A DNA stretch of 63,071 bases, the filler included. It is 4 parts of 4 records of this genome, joined end to end, with 100 filler letters (N's around TTAATTAATTAA, not from the genome) between each part and the next. Parts side by side here need not be neighbours in the genome. Positions count along the whole stretch, not along the records: positions 46,536 to 57,546 come from SRR20825006_1002; positions 57,647 to 63,071 come from SRR20825006_1034; 2 more parts are not named here. One strand, given 5' to 3'. A model generated the notes under the pieces. That model saw nothing but the letters and a program-made list of their open reading frames with translations, made no database searches and was not told the origin of the DNA. A program made the translations under genes and the position numbers. Below, piece by piece: positions 50,559-59,423 of this stretch (positions are counted from its first letter, which is position 1; every line of letters starts with the position of its first letter).

Positions 50559-52571
50559 TTACCAGTTCAGATTGAGGCCGACATAGACACTGCGGCCCAG
50601 TCCCGGTAAGCGTTCACCCACCGCAATATCCTCATTACCACTGACCCGGTTATAGCCGCCAAGATGATTGCGGTATTTGCGATCCAGCAGGTTATTGATA
50701 CCGCCCTGCACCTGCAGTGACTGACTGAGCTGATATTCACCGGTCAGGTTGTAAATGGCATAGCCCGAGGTTTTTTCTTCTTCGTTCACTGAAGAAACCT
50801 GGTTCTGCTGAGCGACAGTGACAGCTTCAATACCGACCCGCCAGTCAGGATCGATATAGCTCAGCTGAGTCCGTGCGGTCAGCGGTGCGATGCGGTACAG
50901 ATTGTCATTAGTATCACGACGTTTGCCACGCACGTAACTGACGGTGCCATCGAGCTGCCAGTGATCGGTCAATGCCCACAGCCAGTTGGCATCAAAACCA
51001 TAAAGTTTTGCGTCGACATTACTAAACACTAATGAGTCCATAGGCCCTCCGGCAACACCCTGAATGTAATCATTCACATGGTGATAGAACACGCGCGGTG
51101 AAAAGGCAAACCGGGAGCTGTGCCAGTCCAGGCCGACTTCAAACTGATAGGCGGTTTCCGGATCGAGATTAATATCACCGATGTAGTTTTTGCCATCAGC
51201 CAGGCCGGAAGTCGCCTGCAAGGGTAACCACAAATAACGCTCCTGATAGCTTGGTGCCCGTTCTTTACGGGCAAATCCCAGCTCCAGGTCGAGAGACGGG
51301 TTCAGGCTGCGGGTAACGGTCATGGCGACATCCGCCAGGGTGTCATCCTGACTGCGATCGCTGCTGTTGAAATTACTTGCGAGTGTCGCTGGCATACCAC
51401 CCATGTTGGTGCCAACGTCACCGGCATCCATTTTGACATGGGTCAGTCGCAGACCGGACTGCATCTGCCAGTCCTCGCTGATGGCACCCGTCCACTCAGC
51501 AAAGGCGCTCAGGCGGTCGCGTTCAACCTCATTGAAGTTACGGACAAAAAACATGGCATTAGTGGGATCAGAAATATCGGCATTATGTTCAGCGCTGTCA
51601 GCAGCAAAGCCGAACTGCCAGCCAGCCTGGCGATAGCCAAGTTCAATGCCTTTTGCCAGCACATCGGTATCGTTCTGGCGGAACATCATATTGCGCGGCC
51701 GCAGACTGAAATTGTCCATCCGGTGATAGACATCCTGGTAGTTAAGCCGTGCGGTGATTTCGCCGCCATTAGTGAGCTGTTGGCGGATACCACTGCTAAA
51801 GGTTTCGCCGCGAATGGCCATAATATCCATTGGCAGGGCGGGGGTGCCGGTTTCACCGGTATTGAGATGATTGAGGTCGAAATCCAGCTCGGTGTTGCCA
51901 TGGCGAAAGCCGTAGGCCAGTCCCAGTGTGTCGCGCTCAGCCTCGGTAGGGGTAATATCGCCACCATCAAATGCCTGATCATGGGCGCGGTCGATACTGC
52001 CTGACAGCTGCAGACGATGATTCTGATTAGCCAGACTGCTGATAGCCCCCAGTGAGCGGGTATCACCATTCGTCGCGTAGAGGCTATTCAGACTGCCATG
52101 CAGTTCGATTTCTTCGCTATTACCGTATTCAGCTTGTTTTGATTCGGCTTTGACCGTGCCGCCAATGGTTTCGATGCCACTACTGACCGGCGCAATCCCG
52201 CGATAAACCGAAATGTTGTCAACCAGCGTGGCGGGCAGATAACCCAGCGGGCTGTCCATGCGGTTGGGGCCGGCTGCGCTCAGTGACATCCCATCCACCA
52301 AAACATTGACCCTGTCGGCATACATGCCCCGATACTGGACAAGACTGGTCAGCGGTCCGTTTTGATTGATATTGGCGCCCGGCAGCTTTTTGAATAATTC
52401 GCCACTATCGGCTGCGCTCAGATTGCTTTGCGGCAGGGCGTAGGGCACACGTTCACCGGCGCTGGTGGTGACCGACATATCCGGTAATGCCACATGTTCG
52501 GCATTGGCGACAGCCGGTAGCAGGGCGGTGCTGATCAACAGGCTCAGGGGTAAAATTTTACTGACTAACAT
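50559..52571 (-). CDS. TonB-dependent receptor, OprC/NosA-like
   Basis: Signal peptide from MLVSKIL (52571), plug GPNRMDSP, HRMDNF, Met-rich loops, C-terminal GRSVYVGLNLNW. Confidence 0.85.
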   Translation of the reverse strand: MLVSKILPLSLLISTALLPAVANAEHVALPDMSVTTSAGERVPYALPQSNLSAADSGELFKKLPGANINQNGPLTSLVQYRGMYADRVNVLVDGMSLSAAGPNRMDSPLGYLPATLVDNISVYRGIAPVSSGIETIGGTVKAESKQAEYGNSEEIELHGSLNSLYATNGDTRSLGAISSLANQNHRLQLSGSIDRAHDQAFDGGDITPTEAERDTLGLAYGFRHGNTELDFDLNHLNTGETGTPALPMDIMAIRGETFSSGIRQQLTNGGEITARLNYQDVYHRMDNFSLRPRNMMFRQNDTDVLAKGIELGYRQAGWQFGFAADSAEHNADISDPTNAMFFVRNFNEVERDRLSAFAEWTGAISEDWQMQSGLRLTHVKMDAGDVGTNMGGMPATLASNFNSSDRSQDDTLADVAMTVTRSLNPSLDLELGFARKERAPSYQERYLWLPLQATSGLADGKNYIGDINLDPETAYQFEVGLDWHSSRFAFSPRVFYHHVNDYIQGVAGGPMDSLVFSNVDAKLYGFDANWLWALTDHWQLDGTVSYVRGKRRDTNDNLYRIAPLTARTQLSYIDPDWRVGIEAVTVAQQNQVSSVNEEEKTSGYAIYNLTGEYQLSQSLQVQGGINNLLDRKYRNHLGGYNRVSGNEDIAVGERLPGLGRSVYVGLNLNW

Positions 52572-52645
52572 GAGTCTCTCCGTTTTTGTTTCGGCACATG
52601 TTATGAAGAATAGGCTGACAAAATCTGCGGGATTTGCGGATAGGG

Positions 52646-52661
52646 TGTGTGATATCACACA
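52646..52661. promoter_or_regulatory. Perfect 16-bp palindrome in a divergent promoter region
   Basis: TGTGTGATATCACACA (TGT-N10-ACA). Confidence 0.6.
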
Positions 52662-52719
52662 ATCACGCTTTTTTTGTGCGTGTTAATCTTGCCCATATTT
52701 GTTTGAAGCCGGATTCACG

Positions 52720-53487
52720 ATGGACGCCATTATCAGTTCCTATATCACCGCTTTTCTGCTGGGACTTTTCAGCACGGTTCACTGTATTGCTATGTGCGGA
52801 TCGGTGATTGGTGCCCTGACTTTGAGCCTGCCGGCCGAGGTCCGTGAGAGCCAGCGCCGCATGTTGCCGTTTGTGTTCAACTACAACATCGGGCGTATTC
52901 TCAGTTATGGGCTTGCCGGTGTCATGGTCGGCTTACTCAGCTCCCCGCTGACTCAGCTGAATGCGCATTGGGTTTTACGCATACTGTCCGTGCTGGTGAT
53001 GATTTCAATGGGCCTGTATCTCGCCGGCTGGTTTCCCAAGTTCGCCCGCGCCGAAAAAATCGGTGCGCCGGTCTGGCGTCTGCTGCAGCCGATAGGCCAG
53101 AAACTGCTGCCGGTGCGTTCATTTTCACAGGCCTTTCTGCTGGGCATGGTCTGGGGTTGGTTGCCTTGCGGGCTGGTTTACGCGGCACTGGCGGTGGCCG
53201 CCACTGCCGGGGATCCGGTCAAAGGCGGTCTGGTGATGCTGGCCTTCGGGGCCGGCACCTTGCCGGCCGTGATGGGCGCCGGTTTGTTTACCGGCATGCT
53301 GGCTTCCCTGGCCCGGTCCAAACAATTGCGGCAAGTGGCCGGCATCTTGATTATTTTGATGGCATTGGCGACATTGTTCTGGCCGCTGGAAGCGGCGCAT
53401 CAGCATGATTCGTCAGCCACGGCGCATGCGCATCATTCAGCTTCGAATAATCATGCGCCAGTCAGTGAACGGGCAAAGGATGAATAA
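52720..53487 (+). CDS. DsbD_2 / TauE-SafE-like membrane protein with His-rich tail
   Basis: HCIAMCG, YNIGRILSY, GWLPCGLVY, FGAGTLP; tail AHQHDSSATAHAHHSASNNH; start placed at MDAII. Confidence 0.88.
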   Translation: MDAIISSYITAFLLGLFSTVHCIAMCGSVIGALTLSLPAEVRESQRRMLPFVFNYNIGRILSYGLAGVMVGLLSSPLTQLNAHWVLRILSVLVMISMGLYLAGWFPKFARAEKIGAPVWRLLQPIGQKLLPVRSFSQAFLLGMVWGWLPCGLVYAALAVAATAGDPVKGGLVMLAFGAGTLPAVMGAGLFTGMLASLARSKQLRQVAGILIILMALATLFWPLEAAHQHDSSATAHAHHSASNNHAPVSERAKDE

Positions 53488-53490
53488 AGC

Positions 53491-54432
53491 ATGAACCAGA
53501 TCAGGCTCCCGCAGATATTGGGACAGTCCCCGGATATCACCCACATCCTGCGGACTTTGCCGATGATTGCCCTGAGTGATGCCAGCGTGTTGATTAGTGG
53601 TGAGACTGGCACCGGTAAGGAACTGATTGCACTCACCCTGCATGAGCAAAGTCGTCGTCGTGACCAGAATCTGGTCACCATTAATTGCGCGGCGCTGCCG
53701 ACAGAAGAAGTCGAAATTGATTTGTTCGGCCGCTGCGATGCCGAAGGCCAGGTCACTTTTCGTGGCCGCCTGCTCGCAGCGGAAGGCTCAACCGTGTTTC
53801 TTGATGAAGTGGATGCATTGCCACTGGCAGTGCAGGCCAAAGTGCTGCGTTTTCTGGAAGCCGGCGAATGCCAGTTGCAGGGCAGTCATCGTCTTCATGT
53901 CGCAGATGTCCGGATTGTGGCGGCGACCAGTGCCGATTTGCCGGCCGAAGTGAAAGCCGGCCGCTTCCGTGCTGATCTCTATTACCGTCTGCAGGTGGTG
54001 CCGATTGATCTGCCGCCACTGCGGGCCCGGGCGGAAGATATCGCTTTATTGCTTAAACATTATCTGCGCGAGTTCGCCGGCAATAACGGTCCGGTACGAC
54101 TGAGCCGTGAGGCAGAGCAATGCCTGCAAAGCTACACCTGGCCCGGCAATATCCGCGAACTGGAAAACTTTTGCCAGCGTTTGACCCTGCTCAATGCCGG
54201 GCAGTTAATCCAGCTGGAGCAACTGCCGCCGGAAATGCGGGGAGAGCTTGCCGCGCCGGCACAGCAGTTCAAACTGCCCCCTAGTGGTATTGATCTGGCC
54301 CAGGTAGAGCTGGATCTGATAGAGCAGGCGCTGGAGATGGCAGCAGGTAACCGCTCCAAGGCGGCACGCTTGTTAGGCATCAGTCGCGATACGCTGCTCT
54401 ACCGGATGCAGAAATATAATCTCTCATCCTGA
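53491..54432 (+). CDS. Sigma54-interaction-type AAA+ regulator with Fis HTH, lacking GAFTGA and an N-terminal sensor domain
   Basis: GETGTGKE, FLDEV, FRADLYYRL, WPGNIRELEN, GNRSKAARLLGISRDTL. Confidence 0.9.
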   Translation: MNQIRLPQILGQSPDITHILRTLPMIALSDASVLISGETGTGKELIALTLHEQSRRRDQNLVTINCAALPTEEVEIDLFGRCDAEGQVTFRGRLLAAEGSTVFLDEVDALPLAVQAKVLRFLEAGECQLQGSHRLHVADVRIVAATSADLPAEVKAGRFRADLYYRLQVVPIDLPPLRARAEDIALLLKHYLREFAGNNGPVRLSREAEQCLQSYTWPGNIRELENFCQRLTLLNAGQLIQLEQLPPEMRGELAAPAQQFKLPPSGIDLAQVELDLIEQALEMAAGNRSKAARLLGISRDTLLYRMQKYNLSS

Positions 54433-54496
54433 TGCTTGTTTGCTGGCAGGGCTAATGCCAAAATCGTCCTAAATCAGAGCTTATTGAGGAAGTCGC

Positions 54497-55348
54497 GTGA
54501 AACAGTATCTGGCGCTGTGCCAACGGATTATTGATGAAGGTGAATGGGTAGAAAACAAGCGCACCGGGAAACGCTGCCTGACGGTTATCAACGCCGATCT
54601 GGAATACGATGTTGCCAATAATCAGTTTCCCCTGATCACCACCCGCAAAAGCTACTGGAAAGCAGCGATTGCCGAGATTCTGGGTTATTTACGTGGTTAT
54701 GATAATGCGGCGGATTTTCGTGCTATCGGCTGTCGTACCTGGGATGCCAATGCCAATGATAATCCTGACTGGCTCAATAATCCTCACCGTAAAGGGGAGG
54801 ATGATATGGGGCGGGTTTACGGTGTGCAGGGCCGCCGCTGGCAGAAGCCGGATGGCACAACGCTGGATCAGCTGAAAAAAATCGCCGACCATTTGAAGCA
54901 GGGCATTGATGATCGTGGCGAGATTCTGACTTTCTATAACCCCGGCGAATTCGAGCTGGGCTGTCTGCGCCCCTGTATGCATACCCATACCTTTTCGGTG
55001 CTGGGCGATGTTTTGTATCTGACTTCTTATCAGCGTTCCTGTGATGTCCCTTTGGGGCTCAACTTCAATCAGGTGCAGGTGTTCTTTCTGCTCAAAATCA
55101 TGGCGCAGATCAGTGGCCTGAAACCGGGGCGAGCCTATCACAAGATTGTGAATGCCCATATCTACGAAGATCAGCTGGAACTGATGTGCGATGTGCAGCT
55201 CAAACGCGATCCTTTCCCTTCACCCAAACTGCACATCAACCCGGACATCAAAACGCTGGAGGATCTGGAAAGCTGGGTAACACTGGCTGACTTCGAAGTC
55301 GAGGGTTATCAATACCATCCGCCGATAGCCTATCCTTTCTCTGTCTGA
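54497..55348 (+). CDS. thyA: Thymidylate synthase
   Basis: [49 protein letters not shown] and GTG start. Confidence 0.96.
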   Translation: MKQYLALCQRIIDEGEWVENKRTGKRCLTVINADLEYDVANNQFPLITTRKSYWKAAIAEILGYLRGYDNAADFRAIGCRTWDANANDNPDWLNNPHRKGEDDMGRVYGVQGRRWQKPDGTTLDQLKKIADHLKQGIDDRGEILTFYNPGEFELGCLRPCMHTHTFSVLGDVLYLTSYQRSCDVPLGLNFNQVQVFFLLKIMAQISGLKPGRAYHKIVNAHIYEDQLELMCDVQLKRDPFPSPKLHINPDIKTLEDLESWVTLADFEVEGYQYHPPIAYPFSV

Positions 55349-55381
55349 TCAGCTGAAACTTCAAAAGCAAAGGAGTGAATA

Positions 55382-55807
55382 ATGTCACGTCCGCTTTATA
55401 TCGTCTGGCAGGAGTCATTTACGCAGGGCGAACCCATCATTGATGAACAGCATCATGGGGTTCTGTCTACCATCAATACGCTGCACTACTTTATCCAGCA
55501 GGGTTATGAACTGAGAGAGTTATTACCCACCATTAAGATTTTGATAAGTTTTTTAGTGTTTCATTACAAAACAGAGGAAGGCATCCTGCGCTCAACGGAA
55601 TATCCGGACATTGAGTCTTACGATAGCGAAATGAACAGGGTTATAGACGAGTTTAAAGCGGTTTGTGAAAAGGCGAGGACAGAAAAGAGCCCAGAGCTGG
55701 TGCTTGCTTATCTGAAGAACTGGTGGCACAAGCACTTAAAATCTCATCAGGACATTACGCCGTTTTTACATAATTGGAGTGGAGAATATTGCCGTGTTGA
55801 TAAATAG
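55382..55807 (+). CDS. Hemerythrin-like protein (degenerate)
   Basis: W...F..G...IDEQH, HYKTEE, WWHKH; AAGGAG RBS. Confidence 0.75.
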   Translation: MSRPLYIVWQESFTQGEPIIDEQHHGVLSTINTLHYFIQQGYELRELLPTIKILISFLVFHYKTEEGILRSTEYPDIESYDSEMNRVIDEFKAVCEKARTEKSPELVLAYLKNWWHKHLKSHQDITPFLHNWSGEYCRVDK

Positions 55808-55822
55808 ATACTGGAATTTTCA

Positions 55823-56566
55823 ATGACAAACGAACAGGAAACACTCATTTCGCACCGGGTCTGGGATCGCAGTATCCGATGGTTTCACTGGATTAATGTA
55901 CTGACAGTTCTGACTTTAATAGCGATTGGTCTGGTGATTATGAACAGTAAAGCACTGGGAATCACTGATCAGGGCAAGATCCTGCTCAAAACCTGGCATG
56001 TTTATGTGGGCTATGTGTTTGTACTGAATCTTGCCTGGCGTATTGTGTGGGGATTTATTGGCAATCGATACAGCCGCTGGCGGGCTGTTCTGCCTATCGG
56101 CGCAGACTACAGACGGCAACGCCGTGCCTTTGTAGACGGGATTAAAACTGGCAAACCGGCCGGATTTATGGGGCATAATCCGCTGGGCCGCTGGATGGTG
56201 ACTGTGCTGCTGATCATGCTGACAGTCCAGGCCGTGACCGGACTGGTACTGGCGGGTACCGACGTATATAAACCACCGTTCGGCGCTTACTTCAAATCCT
56301 GGGTGGCAGAGAGTCCGGCGACAGAAGCACAGGTCCAGCCTTATTCCGATGTTGGTGTTAATGAGGCGGCTTATAAGGAGATGCGGGATTTCCGTTCACC
56401 ATTTAAAGAAGTGCACGAGTACAGTTTCTTTGTGCTGGCTGGCCTGATTATCCTGCATCTGCTTGGCGTCATCATTGCTGAATGTCGTGAACGTAACGGG
56501 CTCATTTCGGCGATGTTCACCGGCCGTAAGGTGTTCAAGGATAAACCGCTGGATCAGGACGACTAA
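55823..56566 (+). CDS. Cytochrome b/b6-domain (Ni-hydrogenase b-type-like) membrane protein
   Basis: VWD..IRWFHW, WHVYVG, WRIVWGFIG, GHNPLG, EVHE, LHLLGV, ISAMFTG. Confidence 0.88.
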   Translation: MTNEQETLISHRVWDRSIRWFHWINVLTVLTLIAIGLVIMNSKALGITDQGKILLKTWHVYVGYVFVLNLAWRIVWGFIGNRYSRWRAVLPIGADYRRQRRAFVDGIKTGKPAGFMGHNPLGRWMVTVLLIMLTVQAVTGLVLAGTDVYKPPFGAYFKSWVAESPATEAQVQPYSDVGVNEAAYKEMRDFRSPFKEVHEYSFFVLAGLIILHLLGVIIAECRERNGLISAMFTGRKVFKDKPLDQDD

Positions 56567-57241
56567 TTAGAGCTGTCCCTGCTGGGCCAGTGAGGTCGTG
56601 TCCGCGTCGCCGACGATAATGTGATCCAGTACGCGGATATCGACCAGTTGTAATGCCGACTGAATCCGTTTGGTTATCTGTATATCGGCCTGACTGGGTT
56701 CGGCCACACCGGATGGATGATTATGGGCCAGAATCACCGCCGCCGCATTGTGATGCAAAGCCTGTTTGACCACTTCCCTTGGATAGACGCTGGCACCGTC
56801 AATGGTGCCGCGGAATAACTCCTCAAAGTGCAGCAGCCGGTGCTGGTTATCAAGATAGAGGCAGGCAAACACTTCAAACGGGTAGGGTCGCAGACGCTGT
56901 TTTAAATATCGCTGGGTGGTCTCACAGTCGTTAAAGGCATCGCCGCGGATCAGCGTTGATTCCAGATGGCGGCGGCCCATTTCCAGCACTGCCTGCAGTT
57001 GTACAAATTTTGCTTCGCCGAGACCATGACCCCGACAGAACGTCAGTTGATCGGCTTCCAGTAATGCCCGCAGACTGCCGAACTGTGACAGTAGTTGTCT
57101 GGCCAGATCGACAGCGGATAAACCGCTGACGCCGGTGCGCAGAAAGATCGCCAGTAGCTCCGCATCCGACAGACTGCTCGCGCCGGTTTTCAGCAGCTTC
57201 TCACGGGGGCGATCATCGGCAGGCCAATCCTTGATTGCCAT
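56567..57241 (-). CDS. radC: RadC/JAB-domain protein (full-length chromosomal type)
   Basis: [48 protein letters not shown]. Confidence 0.95.
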   Translation of the reverse strand: MAIKDWPADDRPREKLLKTGASSLSDAELLAIFLRTGVSGLSAVDLARQLLSQFGSLRALLEADQLTFCRGHGLGEAKFVQLQAVLEMGRRHLESTLIRGDAFNDCETTQRYLKQRLRPYPFEVFACLYLDNQHRLLHFEELFRGTIDGASVYPREVVKQALHHNAAAVILAHNHPSGVAEPSQADIQITKRIQSALQLVDIRVLDHIIVGDADTTSLAQQGQL

Positions 57242-57366
57242 GATTCACTTCCTTGTCATTCAACTGCTTAACACTATATTTGCTGTTGTTAGTAAAAACA
57301 AACACTTGTCTATACTAAACAGCTGAAAAATAGTATCCTGTGCGCCCTTTGACTGTAAGCGATTTT

Positions 57367-57546
57367 ATGGCTGGCAAACTTTACATCCGAACCTTTGGCT
57401 GTCAGATGAACGAGTATGACTCGAACAAGATGGCGGAGGTGCTCGCGGAGTCGCATCAACTGGAACCGACCGACATCGCCGAAGAGGCTGATGTGTTGCT
57501 GCTCAACACCTGTTCGATCCGCGAAAAAGCGCAGGAAAAAGTGTTC
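57367..57546 (+). CDS. miaB: tRNA methylthiotransferase MiaB, N-terminal fragment
   Basis: [16 protein letters not shown]...[16 protein letters not shown]; truncated at the spacer. Confidence 0.93.
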
Positions 57547-57646
57547 NNNNNNNNNNNNNNNNNNNNNNNNNNNNNNNNNNNNNNNNNNNNTTAATTAATT
57601 AANNNNNNNNNNNNNNNNNNNNNNNNNNNNNNNNNNNNNNNNNNNN
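57547..57646. other. Artificial contig spacer
   Basis: 44 N + TTAATTAATTAA + 44 N. Confidence 0.98.
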
Positions 57647-57780
57647 CTTCGTCCCGAGGCTTCGGGATCAGAATGATGGTTGTTGTTTAATTTATTGAAA
57701 CCATCATGATTTCTACAACGACGACCCTATACTTTCTTACGAGAGATTATAGGGGTATACCTGACTCTATTGCTACCAAG

Positions 57781-59115
57781 CTACTCTTGGGTGCTGCTTG
57801 GTAATTTTTTGGTGGCTTTTGCACCCAGTTCTTTGAGCATTTCTGCTTGACGAACTAGATTTCCAGAACCTTCAGTAAGGCGAGTTCGGGCTTCGTCGTA
57901 GCTTTGCTGAGTTTGCTTAATTCGATCCCCAATTTTATCCAAGCTTTCCACAAATAGAACAAACTTATCGTACAGAGCGCCGCCTCGTTGTGCAATTTCT
58001 AACGCATTTTTACTCTGATACTCCTGTTTCCAGACGCTATCGATAGTCGCTAAAGTTGCCAATAATGTAGAAGGACTTACGATTACGATGTTGCGATCAA
58101 AGGCTTCGTAATACAAATTAGCATCATTTTGAAGAGCCACACCAAAAGCAGATTCTATCGGAATAAAGAGAAGCACAAAATCAGGACTTCTATCACCGTG
58201 AATTTGATGGTATTTCTTTTCACTCAAACCTTTTACATGAGCTCTAACTGAACTAATGTGTTGTTTCAACGCAGTTGCTCTTTCTATGTCATCTTCGGAA
58301 GAGGCATAGCGTTCGTAGGCCGTTAATGTAACTTTAGAATCCACAATCAAGAATTTTTCGTCGGGGAGATGCACAACCACATCAGGCTGTAGGCGTCTTC
58401 CCTCTTCATTGGTTGCAGATACTTGAACTTCATACTCTCTGCCTTTTGTGAGCCCTGATTTCTCCAGAATCCGTTCTAGAATAACTTCGCCCCAATTACC
58501 TTGAGCTTTGCTATCTCCTTTAAGCGCTCGCGTTAAATTCTTCGCATCTTCACTCATCTTTTGGTTTAGCTCACCCATCTGGCGGATTTGCTCTTTTAGC
58601 GTAGCACGTTGGCGATTTTCTTCATTGTAGGTCTCCTCTACTTTTTTCTTAAACTCTTCCAACTTCAACCCAAGTGGATTCAAAAGCTGATCTAAACTTT
58701 CTCTGTTTTGTTTGGTGAACTTTGCTGATTTCTCATCCAAAATCTTATTCGCCAAATTCTCAAATTGATTTTTTAGCTGTTCATGCATTCCGGCAAGCTC
58801 ATCTTTTTGCTCAGCCAGCTTTTGTTGGAGTGAAGAATATTCAGCTTTTAAGCCAGCGAGATTTCTATCCAAATCGGCCGACTTCTCTCGCTCTTCTTTT
58901 AGTTCTAACTCTTTCTCCCTTTGTGCAGCTTCTAACTTTGCTTCACTTTCTTTAGCTAGCTGTTGAAATTTACTTTCTGTTTCATTGACCTGAGCGTCCA
59001 AATTTGTGTTCCGTTCTTCCAATCTAGAAAGTTCAGATTTGGATTTAAAGTGCGCAATAAAGAAACCTGCGACCGCGCCAATAATTAGAGAAATAAGAAT
59101 GAAAATGTATTCCAT
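57781..59115 (-). CDS. rmuC: DNA recombination protein RmuC
   Basis: N-terminal TM helix, coiled coil, GNWGEVILERILE, PDVVV, IVDSK, PDFVLLFIPIE, SPSTLLATL. Confidence 0.95.
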   Translation of the reverse strand: MEYIFILISLIIGAVAGFFIAHFKSKSELSRLEERNTNLDAQVNETESKFQQLAKESEAKLEAAQREKELELKEEREKSADLDRNLAGLKAEYSSLQQKLAEQKDELAGMHEQLKNQFENLANKILDEKSAKFTKQNRESLDQLLNPLGLKLEEFKKKVEETYNEENRQRATLKEQIRQMGELNQKMSEDAKNLTRALKGDSKAQGNWGEVILERILEKSGLTKGREYEVQVSATNEEGRRLQPDVVVHLPDEKFLIVDSKVTLTAYERYASSEDDIERATALKQHISSVRAHVKGLSEKKYHQIHGDRSPDFVLLFIPIESAFGVALQNDANLYYEAFDRNIVIVSPSTLLATLATIDSVWKQEYQSKNALEIAQRGGALYDKFVLFVESLDKIGDRIKQTQQSYDEARTRLTEGSGNLVRQAEMLKELGAKATKKLPSSTQE

Positions 59116-59350
59116 AGTGTGATTAAATACGGTTGAAACTCGATAAAGTGGAGACTATTCTTTTGATTTTAATTCCTAAAACCATGTAAGAAGCTGAACT
59201 CAAGTATATAGAAATTATTAACCTCTTTCTGTAGGAGATTTGGGGAGTTAAATAAAAGTATTGGATAGTTGTTAATTGGGATTTAGGAATCTACCCCTAC
59301 TCTGTTTCTCACCTTGAAAGAGTCAATTATACAGAGGTGGTTAATGGGTG

Positions 59351-59398
59351 ATTATTTGTTCTGCCACCGAACCTAAGATTCAGGGCGGAACAAATAAT
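59351..59398. other. Long intergenic hairpin downstream of the dehydrogenase gene
   Basis: ATTATTTGTTCTGCC / GGCGGAACAAATAAT, 15-bp stem with one G-T pair. Confidence 0.55.
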
Positions 59399-59423
59399 AT
59401 CGATAAAAAATATTGGTAAGAAC

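Noticed and set aside
52591-52608. Possible sigma54 promoter CGGCACATGTTATGA
   Set aside because: The -12 position reads GA instead of the near-invariant GC, and the adjacent regulator lacks GAFTGA.
48390-55159. Many 60-232 aa overlapping ORFs in the GC-rich fragment (for example 48729-49427, 51438-52004, 54689-55159)
   Set aside because: They lie antisense or out of frame within well-supported genes, have no recognisable motifs, and are expected at higher GC.
56567-57241. radC as a marker of a mobile or anti-defence element
   Set aside because: It is the full-length form with the N-terminal RPREKL region among housekeeping genes; no mobile genes nearby.
46536-57546. GC-rich block as a genomic island or horizontal transfer
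   Set aside because: It is bounded exactly by spacers, contains housekeeping genes truncated at both ends, and has no integrase; it is a separate contig.
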